Shown piece by piece: positions 38,612 through 49,181 of a DNA stretch of 64,000 nucleotides. The stretch spans positions 64,092-128,091 of the forward strand of contig CAYMVY010000002.1 in NCBI GenBank assembly GCA_964394405.1, given 5' to 3'. Numbering within the stretch: position 1 is the stretch's first letter; each line of letters starts with the position of its first letter. This DNA is from an uncultured Gammaproteobacteria bacterium. Its GTDB lineage: Bacteria; Patescibacteriota; Patescibacteriia; Magasanikbacterales; UBA922. A program made the position numbers and the translations under genes. The notes below the pieces were generated by a model. The model was not told where the DNA came from. It was given only the letters and a program-made list of their open reading frames with translations, and ran no database searches.

Positions 38612-38998
38612 ATGTATACACACGATCACGAACTCAACTCAATTTACAAAGAATATATTCTTGATTTGTATCGCAATCCCAAGAATAAGAAGAAGATTGA
38701 GCATCCAACACATGTATCGACCAAGAGAAACGCGAGTTGCGGGGATGAATTAACAGTGTATCTGGTGATTACTGATGGAATAGTGACTGATGTGGGGTTT
38801 GATGGCATTGGGTGTGCAATATCACAAGCGTCTGCGTCACTTCTGACTGAACATATCAAGGGCAAATCGCTTGAAGAGGTTCGTAAACTTACGGAAGAAG
38901 ATGTTTTGAAATTATTGGGTATTGAAATTGGAATTACTCGGACCAAATGTGCGTTACTTGCGTACACGTCATGTATAAATGCAATAGAACACGGATAA
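38612..38998 (+). CDS. sufU: SufU/IscU-like sulfur acceptor
   Basis: Three conserved Cys (SCGD..., GCAIS, KCALL); possible TTG start at 38603 instead. Confidence 0.8.
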   Translation: MYTHDHELNSIYKEYILDLYRNPKNKKKIEHPTHVSTKRNASCGDELTVYLVITDGIVTDVGFDGIGCAISQASASLLTEHIKGKSLEEVRKLTEEDVLKLLGIEIGITRTKCALLAYTSCINAIEHG

Positions 38999-39077
38999 AA
39001 CGGATAAACACGGGTTACCGCGGATAAATTCAGAAAAATCCGTGTAAACCCGTAAAACCCGTGCTACCCGCGTTCTG
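38984..39077. repeat. palindromic ACGGAT-repeat element (overlaps sufU stop)
   Basis: Intercistronic sufU-sufC. Confidence 0.7.
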
Positions 39078-39091
39078 TTAAACTAAACTTT

Positions 39092-39820
39092 ATGTCACTA
39101 CAAATACAAAATTTACATGTGTCAGTTGAGGAAAAGCAAATTGTAAAAGGCTTGAATCTTGAAATAAAGCCAGGCGAGGTTCATGCGATCATGGGACCCA
39201 ATGGTTCTGGAAAATCAACATTGGCAAATACATTGCTAAGTCATCCGAAATATACCGTCACTGATGGGAAGATAATTGTTGATAATGTAGACGTTACTGA
39301 CATGGCGACCAATGAGAAAGCAAAACATGGGCTTTTTCTTTCCATGCAGTATCCTCCAGAGATTGAGGGAGTGACCATATCGAATTTTTTACGTCTCGCG
39401 TACAATTCTTTGAAAGGTGCTTCAGTTAATCCGCTTGAGTTTCATCGAAAATTAGTTGAAAAAATAAAAGAGTTTGGCATGGATCCCTCGTTTGCGACAA
39501 GGTATGTGAATGCGGGTTTTTCTGGAGGAGAGAAGAAACGTGCTGAGATTCTCCAGCTTTCAGTATTGGAACCAAAGTATGCTGTGCTTGATGAGACTGA
39601 TTCTGGACTTGATGTCGATGCTCTGAAAATTGTTGCAGAGGGTATTACCAAATTTAAGAGCGATAAAACTGGCGTACTTCTTATTACGCACTATAATCGC
39701 ATTCTTGATTTTGTGGTTCCTGATTTTGTACATATTATGATTGATGGGAAAATTGTGAAGAGTGGAGGGAAGGAACTGGCATATGAAGTGGAGAAGGGTG
39801 GGTATACTAATTTCAAATAG
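39092..39820 (+). CDS. sufC: Fe-S assembly ATPase SufC
   Basis: ABC ATPase Walker A/B and LSGGE signature. Confidence 0.9.
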   Translation: MSLQIQNLHVSVEEKQIVKGLNLEIKPGEVHAIMGPNGSGKSTLANTLLSHPKYTVTDGKIIVDNVDVTDMATNEKAKHGLFLSMQYPPEIEGVTISNFLRLAYNSLKGASVNPLEFHRKLVEKIKEFGMDPSFATRYVNAGFSGGEKKRAEILQLSVLEPKYAVLDETDSGLDVDALKIVAEGITKFKSDKTGVLLITHYNRILDFVVPDFVHIMIDGKIVKSGGKELAYEVEKGGYTNFK

Positions 39821-39902
39821 AACGCGGGTGACACGGGTAAACACGGATTTACGCTGATTTAATCCGTGACAACCCGTTAAACCCGTGTTATCCGTGTTCC
39901 AT
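39817..39902. repeat. palindromic ACGGAT-repeat element (overlaps sufC stop)
   Basis: Intercistronic sufC-sufT; generates spurious MLSVFH N-terminal extension. Confidence 0.7.
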
Positions 39903-39908
39903 AAATAT

Positions 39909-40205
39909 ATGATTACTAAGGAAGAAATTTTAGAAAAATTAAAAGGAGTTAAAGATCCTGAGGTCAATGTTGACATTGTGACTATGGGACTGATTTATGA
40001 TATCCATATTGATGAGAAAGGGGAGTCAGTTGCAATCACTATGACCTATACTACACCATTTTGTCCCTTTGGTCCGCAGCTCACTTCTGAAATAAAGGAT
40101 GCTATTGTTGAGCTTGGATTTTCGCCAGAAAAAGTATCAATTGACGTGACATTTGATCCACCATGGGAAGCACCGCCTGATTTGCGGGCTGCTATGGGAG
40201 TGTGA
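39909..40205 (+). CDS. MIP18/DUF59 Fe-S assembly protein (SufT-like)
   Basis: Conserved Cys in TTPFCPF context; start set at MITKEE. Confidence 0.7.
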   Translation: MITKEEILEKLKGVKDPEVNVDIVTMGLIYDIHIDEKGESVAITMTYTTPFCPFGPQLTSEIKDAIVELGFSPEKVSIDVTFDPPWEAPPDLRAAMGV

Positions 40206-40241
40206 CAAAGTCAAAAGGAAAAAGGTAAAAGTAAAAAGATT

Positions 40242-40544
40242 ATGGAGAAGAAAATACAAAAAATCGAAGTATGTTGCGGAGGGGACTGTATGGTCGAGGG
40301 CGCCCATGCTATTGTGGGTGTGCTGGAAGAGAAATATACAGGAACAGAAACTGCTGTTGGTATCTGTGGGTGTGTTGATCTGTGTGAGAAAGCAGTAAAT
40401 GTGATCGTTGACGATAATCGAATTTTCTCGTATAGTACTCCTGAAAATATAGTAGAAAAGATGGGGCGGGGGAGTGGTGAACCATACCACAAGTTTACCC
40501 CTGGGCAACTTGATCTGAATGATGATTTTTTGGGTGATTTGTAA
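40242..40544 (+). CDS. thioredoxin-like [2Fe-2S] ferredoxin-type protein
   Basis: CCGGDC...CGCVDLC cysteine pattern. Confidence 0.5.
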   Translation: MEKKIQKIEVCCGGDCMVEGAHAIVGVLEEKYTGTETAVGICGCVDLCEKAVNVIVDDNRIFSYSTPENIVEKMGRGSGEPYHKFTPGQLDLNDDFLGDL

Positions 40545-40590
40545 AATTACGATAGATGTTGGGTGGGGAAACGTATTTACGGAGGTTCTC

Positions 40591-40812
40591 ATGAGCGAGA
40601 GAAGGTGTCCTGAGCATCGAGGTACTGGCATTACGCCGAAGGATATCACATGCCACAATCATGTAGGCGTGTTGCAACAACGGTTTCACAACATGCACTG
40701 TCGTGCGCTCAAGTGCCCATTCGCACTCAAGGGTGCTGAACGTCATGTCGATGCTTCTACACATTTTGCTCGGAGCACTGTGGAATTCATCCTTTGGCTC
40801 GTCAGTGGTTAG
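40591..40812 (+). CDS. hypothetical 73-aa Cys/His-rich protein (GGAGG Shine-Dalgarno)
   Basis: ATG 40591 with Shine-Dalgarno; C6,H9,C21,H22,H24,H33,C36,C41 pattern; moderately GC-rich; minus-strand ORF overlaps. Confidence 0.35.
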   Translation: MSERRCPEHRGTGITPKDITCHNHVGVLQQRFHNMHCRALKCPFALKGAERHVDASTHFARSTVEFILWLVSG

Positions 40813-40872
40813 GAGGTGACTGGATTCTCGATACTGAACCCACTCACCCAAGATCTATTGTATATCATTATT

Positions 40873-41160
40873 ATGAGTACTGAACCAAAACTTCCTGATA
40901 ATTTACCAGAAGATATCTCAATGAAAATACGAAAAGGTGGCAAGATCCGCCGTATTGTGGTAGACAGACAGGCTTGTATTGGTGCGCAATCATGTGTGGT
41001 GGTTGCTCCCGGAGTATTCCAGATGGATGATGGGAATCTTGCGTATGTCGCAGATCCAGATGCAAATGACGAAGATACGATTATGATGGCAGCGCAAGTA
41101 TGTCCAGTACTCGCCATTCATCTGTATGATGAAGAGGGAAATAAGATATTTCCGAATTAG
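40873..41160 (+). CDS. ferredoxin (single-cluster 3Fe-4S/4Fe-4S type)
   Basis: CIGAQSC...AAQVCP motifs; start at MSTEPKL. Confidence 0.7.
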   Translation: MSTEPKLPDNLPEDISMKIRKGGKIRRIVVDRQACIGAQSCVVVAPGVFQMDDGNLAYVADPDANDEDTIMMAAQVCPVLAIHLYDEEGNKIFPN

Positions 41161-41232
41161 TATTAATAATAAAGAGTATGTAGAAAATTTTCGGTATATT
41201 AAGCTTATTTATAATTTATGTAATTTTGAAAT

Positions 41233-41799
41233 ATGAACACTAGAGAAAGTGGTATGAGCAACAATCCTGAGTTAAATAAGTCCTTGAATGATGAGATTTT
41301 TAATGATTTTTTGCTTCTTTATGCTGAGTTTAAAGCGGAAAAGTACACAACACCTGGCATAGGAGACCTTCTTGGGCAGCTTAATGATGGGCGTGGTCTG
41401 CAGGATGATGCTAAAATTACCCGACAACAATTAGAAAGTATGATTCAGTCAAAGGCAGGTTATATGAATGAACATGACTTTCTTGAAGAAGCTTCTGCGT
41501 CCCTTTACGAAAAAAGGCGTTTGAGTAATCTTACGCCAGAGCAAAGAAGAGATGAGGAACGAAGAAAGGGTGAGGATATACGAGAACGAGAAATATCCAG
41601 ACAGAAGTATTTATCTAAGTCTAAAAAACAATCCCACGATGACGCACCAATACCTCAGATATATTTAACTGACAAAGGTTATGTGACGGGTGTTGCACTT
41701 GGACCGAGTGCAAGCTTGGAAGGCGGCACTACTATACAGACTAGTAAAGGAAAGCTGGATGTTAATATTTTAGGTCCTGATAGACCAGGAACAAAATAA
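41233..41799 (+). CDS. hypothetical protein
   Basis: ORF with terminator downstream; no family recognised. Confidence 0.5.
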   Translation: MNTRESGMSNNPELNKSLNDEIFNDFLLLYAEFKAEKYTTPGIGDLLGQLNDGRGLQDDAKITRQQLESMIQSKAGYMNEHDFLEEASASLYEKRRLSNLTPEQRRDEERRKGEDIREREISRQKYLSKSKKQSHDDAPIPQIYLTDKGYVTGVALGPSASLEGGTTIQTSKGKLDVNILGPDRPGTK

Positions 41800-41840
41800 A
41801 TCCATGTGTTTCAGTGCGTGGTGGTTTATCTACTTAACAT

Positions 41841-41866
41841 AAATCCGCCCCAAAGGGCGGTTTTAT
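41841..41866. terminator. bidirectional terminator ccgccc-caaa-gggcgg + T-run
   Basis: Seen directly. Confidence 0.6.
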
Positions 41867-41867
41867 G

Positions 41868-44507
41868 TTAGTTAATTTTCAATCCTTCTTTTGTTACATC
41901 TATTGTCACGGTATCTCCCTCTCCTACACTCTTCTCAATAATCTTCATTGCAAGTTTATCAAGTAATTCAGTCTGGATCACGCGTTTGAGCGGACGAGCG
42001 CCGAGATTTTCATCGTATCCTTTCTTCGCAAGCCAATCTTTTGCCTTATCGGTTACTTCGAGCTTTATTTTTTGTTTATCAAGACGCTTCATGACAATCT
42101 CAAGCTGGAGATCGACGATTGATCTGATCTGGTCTTCTTTGAGTGGATGGAAGACAATGATTTCGTCTACTCGGTTCAAAAATTCTGGTTTGAATTGTTC
42201 ACGGAGCGCACCAAAGATTCGTTTATTTATTGCTTCTTCTGACTGTTTGTTTACATTGGCACCTTTTTGTTTTTCGCTAAACCCAAATTCTCCGCGTTTG
42301 CCCATCTGGACAATCAAGTCACTTGCAATGTTACTCGTCATGATAATGACGGTGTTTTTGAAGTTCACTTTGCGACCCTTGGCATCTGTGAGGTGTCCAT
42401 CTTCGAGAATCTGGAGCATGATATTGAAGATATCTGGGTGAGCTTTTTCAATTTCATCAAATAGAATAACTGAGTATGGTTTTCTTCGGACAATTTCTGT
42501 CAGTTGTCCGCCCTCATCAAAGCCAATATAGCCTGGGGGAGAGCCAATCATTTTACTGATTGCATGCTTTTCCATATATTCGGTCATATCAACGCGTACC
42601 AGTGCATCTCGGTCATTGAATAGGAATTCAGCAAGTGTTTTTGCAAGTTCAGTTTTTCCAACACCAGTTGGCCCCATGAAGATAAATGAACCAATTGGGC
42701 GTTTTTCTTCTGAGATTCCTGCTCGGTTTCTTCGAATTGCATTTGCGACTGCGGTAATAGCCTCTTCTTGCCCTATCACCTGTTTGCCAAGCTCAGACTC
42801 CATCTTTGCCAGCTTGTACACTTCATCTTCAAGCATTTTGTTCACTGGAATTCCGGTCCATTTTGAAACTACTCGAGCAATATCTTCATCAGTTACTTCC
42901 TCTTTCAAGATTGAGCTCTTTTTTTGCAAGTCAGCGAGTTTCACTTCGTATTTTTTGATTGCTTCTTCAATCACCGGAATTTTTCCATAGCGAATCTCGG
43001 CAACTTTTTGTAAGTCGCCTTTGCGTTCCATGATTTCTGCTTCCTGTTTCAGCTTATCGATCTCTTTCTTGTGTTCGCGCATCTTGGTAATGATTTCTTT
43101 TTCATTACTCCACTGCATTTCTATTTCTTTGCTTTTTTCTTTGAGATTTGCCAATTCTTCTTTCAAAAGTTTTTCACGTTCTTTTGAGTCAGTATCAGTC
43201 TCTTTTTTGAGCGCGCGAAGTTCGATGTCGATTTTCATCATCTTGCGTTTCATTTTGTCGAGGTCATCAGGCATGGAATCAATCTGCATTTTGAGAGCAC
43301 TCGCTGCCTCATCAATCAGGTCAATTGCTTTGTCTGGGAGAAAACGGTCGGTAATATATCGATCAGAAAAATTGACTGCGGCAACAATTGCAGGGTCAGT
43401 GATACGCACCCCATGGTGGATTTCGTATTTTTCTTTAATCCCACGGAGAATCGCAGTTGCATCATCGAGCGATGGCTCATGCACCATGACTGTCTGGAAC
43501 CGGCGTTCAAATGCGGCATCTTTTTCAATATGTTTTTGATGTTCTTTAATAGTCGTTGCGCCAATAATATGGAGCTCTCCCCGGGCGAGTCCTGGCTTCA
43601 ACATGTTTGAGGCATCAACCGCCCCTTCTGAACTTCCGGCACCGACAATCGTATGAAGCTCGTCAATAAAGAGGATAATTTGTCCATTACTATTCGTAAC
43701 TTCTTTGATCACTGCCTTGAAGCGTTCTTCGAATTCTCCTCTGAATTTGGTTCCTGCAAGAAGAGATCCGATATCGAGAGAGATTACTTCCTTGTCTTTG
43801 AGGTTTTCTGGGACATCACCGTTCACAATACGCTGTGCCAATCCCTCGACTACTGCAGTCTTTCCAACGCCAGGTTCTCCAATCAATACTGGGTTATTTT
43901 TGGTACGACGAGTAAGCACCTGCATCACACGACGAATTTCATCATCTCGTCCGATGACTGGGTCTAGTTTTTCTTTTCGTGCTCGTTCAGTCAGATTAAG
44001 TCCGTATTTTTCAAGCGCCTGGTATTTGCTCTCCGGTTCCTGAGAATCCACACGCTGGTTACCGCGGATTGACTGGAGGACTTTGAGCACTTCATGATAA
44101 TTGACTCCCTGCGTATTCACAAAATCGCTAATCGGGTTCTTGCCTGTAAGATAGGCGAGTAGGAGATGCTCAACCGAAATAAATTCGTCTTTCATTTTTT
44201 GAGCTTCGTTATTCGCATTCTGAAGAATATAGAGTGTTGCCTGTGAGAGCATGACTTGTCCAACACCTTGGGGAAGGGGATTCTGTTGTTTTGGTAGGCG
44301 ATCAATCAGGGATTGTGTAGCTACAATAATTTCTTCTACCTGCGCGTTTAATTTTTTGAATATTGATATTACCACCCCTTCTTCTTGCTGGAGTAGGGAC
44401 AAAAAAAGATGCGGCGGTTCAATCTGTTGCTGGCCGTTTTCTGTCGCGATTATCTGCGCGTTTTGGATCGCTTCTTGGGATTTATTGGTAAAATTTTGGG
44501 GCATCAT
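41868..44507 (-). CDS. clpB: ATP-dependent chaperone ClpB
   Basis: Two AAA+ modules (GEPGVGKTA; GPTGVGKTE), coiled-coil M domain, 879 aa. Confidence 0.95.
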   Translation of the reverse strand: MMPQNFTNKSQEAIQNAQIIATENGQQQIEPPHLFLSLLQQEEGVVISIFKKLNAQVEEIIVATQSLIDRLPKQQNPLPQGVGQVMLSQATLYILQNANNEAQKMKDEFISVEHLLLAYLTGKNPISDFVNTQGVNYHEVLKVLQSIRGNQRVDSQEPESKYQALEKYGLNLTERARKEKLDPVIGRDDEIRRVMQVLTRRTKNNPVLIGEPGVGKTAVVEGLAQRIVNGDVPENLKDKEVISLDIGSLLAGTKFRGEFEERFKAVIKEVTNSNGQIILFIDELHTIVGAGSSEGAVDASNMLKPGLARGELHIIGATTIKEHQKHIEKDAAFERRFQTVMVHEPSLDDATAILRGIKEKYEIHHGVRITDPAIVAAVNFSDRYITDRFLPDKAIDLIDEAASALKMQIDSMPDDLDKMKRKMMKIDIELRALKKETDTDSKEREKLLKEELANLKEKSKEIEMQWSNEKEIITKMREHKKEIDKLKQEAEIMERKGDLQKVAEIRYGKIPVIEEAIKKYEVKLADLQKKSSILKEEVTDEDIARVVSKWTGIPVNKMLEDEVYKLAKMESELGKQVIGQEEAITAVANAIRRNRAGISEEKRPIGSFIFMGPTGVGKTELAKTLAEFLFNDRDALVRVDMTEYMEKHAISKMIGSPPGYIGFDEGGQLTEIVRRKPYSVILFDEIEKAHPDIFNIMLQILEDGHLTDAKGRKVNFKNTVIIMTSNIASDLIVQMGKRGEFGFSEKQKGANVNKQSEEAINKRIFGALREQFKPEFLNRVDEIIVFHPLKEDQIRSIVDLQLEIVMKRLDKQKIKLEVTDKAKDWLAKKGYDENLGARPLKRVIQTELLDKLAMKIIEKSVGEGDTVTIDVTKEGLKIN

Positions 44508-44610
44508 AGAGGCATGAATTGCGAAATAAATTCAATTGTTCTAATTATACTAATTGACCTAAAATAAACAGGTATAGAATTTTTAGAATAATTTTCAATT
44601 TAGGCTTAAA

Positions 44611-44637
44611 TTATCACTCTATATATAAGAGTGATAA
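44611..44637. promoter_or_regulatory. CIRCE-like inverted repeat TTATCACTC-N9-GAGTGATAA upstream of clpB
   Basis: Matches HrcA operator consensus TTAGCACTC-N9-GAGTGCTAA with one symmetric substitution. Confidence 0.5.
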
Positions 44638-44708
44638 TCACTATACCATATTCGTAAAATGTGTCAATATATGCTAGTATAGCATGAGTATATACCCAAT
44701 AAAACTGT

Positions 44709-45461
44709 ATGGAAGTACTGAATGTGCGTATCGATGAGATCACTCTTGATGACGCTCGGAGGAAGATTCTCGACTTTATTCGAGGGAATAAATTACATCG
44801 GGTTTTTACTCCCAATCCTGAGATGCTGGTTGCAGCTACTAGGAATTCTCGTTTTGCTCAGATATTGAATACGGCTGATCTATCCCTCTGTGACGGGAAG
44901 GGTCTTGAAATAGTGTCAAAAGGAAAGCTGAAGCGAATTCCAGGTGTTGATTTTATGCTAGAAATCCTTACCATCGCTGAGCGTGAGGGGAAGTCAATTT
45001 TTTTATTAGGTGGCGGTAAAACCAAGACATTGAAAAAACTGTTTGCGTATATCCAGAAGCATTATCCTACGTTGCAAATAGCAGGCATGCATCCTGGTCC
45101 TCAGTTTTTTATCAATAAGGGTGCTATACGATTCAAAAATAATGAAGAAGAGATAGTCAATAAAAAGGTGCTTGCGGATATACGTATGAATAAACCGGAT
45201 ATTCTGTTCGTAGCATTTGGTCATGAAAAACAGGAAACCTGGATTGATCAGTATACTGATAAACTGGGTGGTGTGCGAGTCGCGATGGGGGTGGGTGGGG
45301 CATTTGACTACATATCTGGTTCAATACGACGAGCTCCGCCGTGGCTAAGGAGTGCGGGTTTTGAATGGCTGTACAGATTTTTTACTCAACCAAAACGCCT
45401 TAATCGAATCATTATTGCAACTATTTTATTCCCTTACTATGCTCTCATCAAAGATCGTTAA
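44709..45461 (+). CDS. WecG/TagA/CpsF-family glycosyltransferase
   Basis: Glyco_tran_WecG-like sequence over full length. Confidence 0.8.
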   Translation: MEVLNVRIDEITLDDARRKILDFIRGNKLHRVFTPNPEMLVAATRNSRFAQILNTADLSLCDGKGLEIVSKGKLKRIPGVDFMLEILTIAEREGKSIFLLGGGKTKTLKKLFAYIQKHYPTLQIAGMHPGPQFFINKGAIRFKNNEEEIVNKKVLADIRMNKPDILFVAFGHEKQETWIDQYTDKLGGVRVAMGVGGAFDYISGSIRRAPPWLRSAGFEWLYRFFTQPKRLNRIIIATILFPYYALIKDR

Positions 45462-46197
45462 ACACATAACCCAGCTCCAGGAAAAGAAATATCGACGCGA
45501 GTTTCATGAGTTTGTGGTAGAAGGCTTCAAGGGGGTGGGGGAGGCGCTCCAGTATGCCCAGGTGATTCTCGTCATTGTGGAAGGTAGTCGCAGAGAAGAG
45601 GAAGAGATTACTGCGTGCATACAACAGGCAGAGAAGTTGAAAATTCCCGTTGAATTTTGTGGTAGAAAAGATATTGGTAGTATCAAGACTACCGACACTT
45701 TTCCCGGCATTCTTGCCGTTGTTGATTCAGAGGAATATTCACTTGAAGACGTCGCAGAAGGACCGATTATTGCACTTGAAGATATAAAAGATCCGGGAAA
45801 TCTCGGAACCATTATCCGGACTGCAGATTGGTTTGGGATTACGAATATTTTGCTTTCAGAAAATAGTGTTGATGAATATAATCCTAAAGTGGTGAGAAGT
45901 ACTATGGGTTCGATTTTTCGCTCAAGGATATATCGTTCACATAATGTACTCAAAGATATTGAGAGACTCAAAAATGATTTTGGATATACGACGGTTGGAC
46001 TTGATATCGCGGGTAAGCCACTTCCTTCGACTATTTCAAAACCAGAACACATGATTTTTATCTTTGGATCAGAGTCTCATGGCATTTCTTCTGAGCTTGA
46101 AAACCTTGTCGATACCCGCTATACTATCCTTGGTAAAGGAAAGGCAGAATCTCTTAATCTCGCTATTTCTGCTGCAATCCTCATGTCACGTTTATGA
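45439..46197 (+). CDS. TrmH/SpoU-family RNA 2'-O-methyltransferase (RlmB-like)
   Basis: SPOUT motifs (LEDIKDPGNLGTIIRTA; FGSESHGIS); start set to ATG 45439. Confidence 0.8.
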   Translation: MLSSKIVKHITQLQEKKYRREFHEFVVEGFKGVGEALQYAQVILVIVEGSRREEEEITACIQQAEKLKIPVEFCGRKDIGSIKTTDTFPGILAVVDSEEYSLEDVAEGPIIALEDIKDPGNLGTIIRTADWFGITNILLSENSVDEYNPKVVRSTMGSIFRSRIYRSHNVLKDIERLKNDFGYTTVGLDIAGKPLPSTISKPEHMIFIFGSESHGISSELENLVDTRYTILGKGKAESLNLAISAAILMSRL

Positions 46198-46206
46198 AAA
46201 AGTCTA

Positions 46207-46292
46207 ATAGAACGCGGATTACACGGATAAACACGGGTCAACACGGACTTAATCCGTGACAACCTGTTAAACCCGTGTCATCAGTGTTCTAT
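46207..46292. repeat. palindromic ACGGAT-repeat element
   Basis: About 85% identical to copy at 34253-34337; intercistronic trmH-gltX. Confidence 0.7.
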
Positions 46293-46303
46293 TTATTAAT
46301 TTT

Positions 46304-47797
46304 ATGAAAATAAAGACTCGATACGCACCAAGTCCCACAGGAAAATTGCATGTAGGTGGTCTAAGGACCGCTCTTTTTTCATATTTGTATGCCCGCAAAC
46401 ATGGTGGAACTTTTATGATCCGCATTGAAGATACTGATCAGGAACGTTTTGTTCCTGGGGCTATGGAAGGAATTGCATCGTCCTTTCGATGGGCAGGTAT
46501 CACAGTTGATGAGGGTGTCACTCTCGATCCTCAGGGGAATATTATTGAACAGGGAAATGTTGGTCCCTACATCCAATCAAAACGGCTGTCTATCTATCAG
46601 GAATATATCAAGGAGCTTCTTGAAAAGGGGAGTGCCTATCATTGTTTCTGTACCAAAGAGCGTCTTAGTGAACTGCGAGAAAACCAGGAAAAGAATAAAT
46701 TGCCTGGAGGATATGACGGAAAATGTCGTAATTTGTCACGTGCTGAGGCAGAAGAACGAATTGCCAAGGGTGAAGTATTTGTTATTAGAATGAAAATGCC
46801 AAAAGAGGGGACTACGGTTATAGAAGACTTGGTTCGTGGAACTGTTGAATTCAAAAACGCTCTTGTTGATGATCAGGTGCTTATCAAAGCTGATGGTTTT
46901 CCTACCTATCATTTTGCTGTCGTAGTCGATGATCATCTGATGGAGGTCACCCATGTGATTCGTGGTGAAGAATGGCTCCCTTCGACTCCCAAACATGTGC
47001 AATTGCATCGTATGTTTGGCTGGGAAATTCCGCAGTTTGCGCATCTATCACTGCTCGTGAATGAACAAAAACAAAAACTCAGTAAAAGACATGGTGACGT
47101 GAGTGTTGAGGATTATAAAGAAAAAGGATATCTGCCTGAAGCATTGATTAATTTTGTTGCATTTTTGGGCTGGAATCCAGGGGACGAACGGGAAATATTT
47201 TCTTTGCACGAACTTGAAGCTGAATTTGAATTTGCCAAAGTCAGTAAGGCTGCGGCAGTATTTAATATCGAAAAATTGAATTGGTACAACAAGCAGTATA
47301 TGATGGCAATGGAAACCGTCGAGCTTGCTCGGAGGGTGGCGCCATTCATGCTCAATCATGGACTGCTCACAAAATTGCCAGAGTCTGATCAGGAATTAGA
47401 GCATTTGGCACAAATTATTGAGCTCGAGAAGGGGAGGGCTGCTACACTTGCTGAATTCCCCGAAGCGCTTGGATTTATTTTTGCAACCAATCTCGACTAT
47501 GAGCCCGAACTTCTAGTCTGGAAGAAAAGCACTAGAGAAGATGCTCGAGAAAAACTTGAAATACTACGCGAATATCTGTCTTCCAAAAATGATGCTGAGT
47601 GGGGGAGAGTGCAACTAGAGGCAGATACCCTCGCCTGGATCACCAATCAGGGCTTTGGAGTAGGAGATGTGCTCTGGCCAATGCGCACTGCCCTCTCGGG
47701 CCAAAAGAATTCTCCTGGACCTTTTGAAATAGCTTCGGTACTTGGGAAAAATCGTACGATTGAACGTATACAATTGGGGATAACTCGTCTTTCCTAG
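46304..47797 (+). CDS. gltX: glutamyl-tRNA synthetase
   Basis: HVGG (HIGH) and KLSKRHG (KMSKS) motifs. Confidence 0.9.
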   Translation: MKIKTRYAPSPTGKLHVGGLRTALFSYLYARKHGGTFMIRIEDTDQERFVPGAMEGIASSFRWAGITVDEGVTLDPQGNIIEQGNVGPYIQSKRLSIYQEYIKELLEKGSAYHCFCTKERLSELRENQEKNKLPGGYDGKCRNLSRAEAEERIAKGEVFVIRMKMPKEGTTVIEDLVRGTVEFKNALVDDQVLIKADGFPTYHFAVVVDDHLMEVTHVIRGEEWLPSTPKHVQLHRMFGWEIPQFAHLSLLVNEQKQKLSKRHGDVSVEDYKEKGYLPEALINFVAFLGWNPGDEREIFSLHELEAEFEFAKVSKAAAVFNIEKLNWYNKQYMMAMETVELARRVAPFMLNHGLLTKLPESDQELEHLAQIIELEKGRAATLAEFPEALGFIFATNLDYEPELLVWKKSTREDAREKLEILREYLSSKNDAEWGRVQLEADTLAWITNQGFGVGDVLWPMRTALSGQKNSPGPFEIASVLGKNRTIERIQLGITRLS

Positions 47798-47868
47798 CCT
47801 TTATATAATGGCAATTATACGAGACTTTTGTTTGGTCTCGAATCTTGCCTTGTGTTATACTGAGGAGC

Positions 47869-49119
47869 ATGACTAAACGCTTGTCTTTTATTATTGTTAT
47901 CTCTGCTATCTTGGTAACTGGATTATTCAACATCCGGGCTTTTTTTGTTGCTGTACCGGTAATTGCTGCGACTGAGGACGAAATTGCTGAGTTAAACAAA
48001 AAAATTGCTGAGGGAAAAAGCAAAATTGAACAATTGCAAAAAAGCATTGATGATTACAATAAAAAGATTTCTGAAAAGCGTACCGAAGCGCAATCACTCA
48101 CCAATCAGATTGCAATTATTGATAATCAATTGAAACAGATCCAGCTTGATATTGATCTGACCCAGGCAAAATTGGACACACTCGCCTTGGAAATTCAGGA
48201 ACTCGGTATTGGTATTTCTGGTAAGCAGGAAACTATTGATAAGCAACAAAAAATGCTTGCTGAGCTTATCCGTACCCTGAATTATGAAAATAATAAGAAA
48301 TATATTGAAGTTTTGGCAGCATATGATAATTTTTCTGACTTCTATAGCCGTGTACAGTATCTCAAAAGTATTGAACAAGACCTGGGACAGAGCGCAAAAG
48401 CGATTCGTATTGCAAAAGAAGAATTAGAGCAAAAAAAATCTGAGACTGAGGAAAGAAAGAAAACTTATGAAGGTCTAAAAGAACGATTGGAAAACAAGAA
48501 GCGTGATCTCGATGAACAATCAAAATACAAAGTAACACTGCTTGCAGAGACGCATTCTTCTGAAATGACCTATAAAACACTTGTTTCCAATCTCAAGGCA
48601 CAGTACAAACAAGTAGAAAATGAAATCGTGTCAGTCGAACAGCAAGTGCGGAAAAAATTGGCAGCAAATCAGAAGTTTAATAATTTAGTCGATGATCAGA
48701 CACTCCTCTCGTGGCCAACCGGAAGCAGATATATCACCGCCTATTTTCATGATCGGAGCTACCCATATCGATATATTTATGAGCATCCGGCAATTGATAT
48801 TCGTGGCGCCCATGGAACTGCTGTTGCGGCTGCAAAATCAGGCTATGTCGCCCGTGCGCGCACCTGTACGACTGCTAGTTGCTACGCCTATGTAATGATT
48901 GCGCATGAAGGCGGTGTGAGTACTGTCTACGGGCATTTGAGCAAGATTAGTGTAAAAGAAGACCAATTTGTGACCAGAGGAGACATTATTGGCTATTCTG
49001 GCGCTACACCGGGCACTGTAGGTGCAGGACCATTCACCACTGGCCCTCATCTACATTTTGAAGTTCGAAAAAATGGTATTCCGCAAGATCCACTTAATTA
49101 TTTGGTGAAAGATTGGTAA
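47869..49119 (+). CDS. M23 peptidase with N-terminal signal/TM and long coiled-coil (EnvC-like)
   Basis: Coiled-coil then M23 domain with GPHLHFEV. Confidence 0.8.
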   Translation: MTKRLSFIIVISAILVTGLFNIRAFFVAVPVIAATEDEIAELNKKIAEGKSKIEQLQKSIDDYNKKISEKRTEAQSLTNQIAIIDNQLKQIQLDIDLTQAKLDTLALEIQELGIGISGKQETIDKQQKMLAELIRTLNYENNKKYIEVLAAYDNFSDFYSRVQYLKSIEQDLGQSAKAIRIAKEELEQKKSETEERKKTYEGLKERLENKKRDLDEQSKYKVTLLAETHSSEMTYKTLVSNLKAQYKQVENEIVSVEQQVRKKLAANQKFNNLVDDQTLLSWPTGSRYITAYFHDRSYPYRYIYEHPAIDIRGAHGTAVAAAKSGYVARARTCTTASCYAYVMIAHEGGVSTVYGHLSKISVKEDQFVTRGDIIGYSGATPGTVGAGPFTTGPHLHFEVRKNGIPQDPLNYLVKDW

Positions 49120-49181
49120 TACTAACCCCACCCGGGCTTCGCCCACCCTCCCCTAAAAGGGGAGGGAAATACATATACGCT

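Noticed and set aside
37381-39908. ORF-track N-terminal extensions beginning MLSAFH / MLSVFH for sufS and the SufT-like gene
   Set aside because: These N-termini are translations of the palindromic repeat (atgttatccg(c/t)gttccat). True starts are downstream Met codons (37411, 39909).
32952-46292. Possible CRISPR array (repeated ACGGAT-containing units in the suf region)
   Set aside because: The units are not regularly spaced direct repeats separated by unique spacers. They are single palindromic elements scattered between genes, and no cas genes are present.
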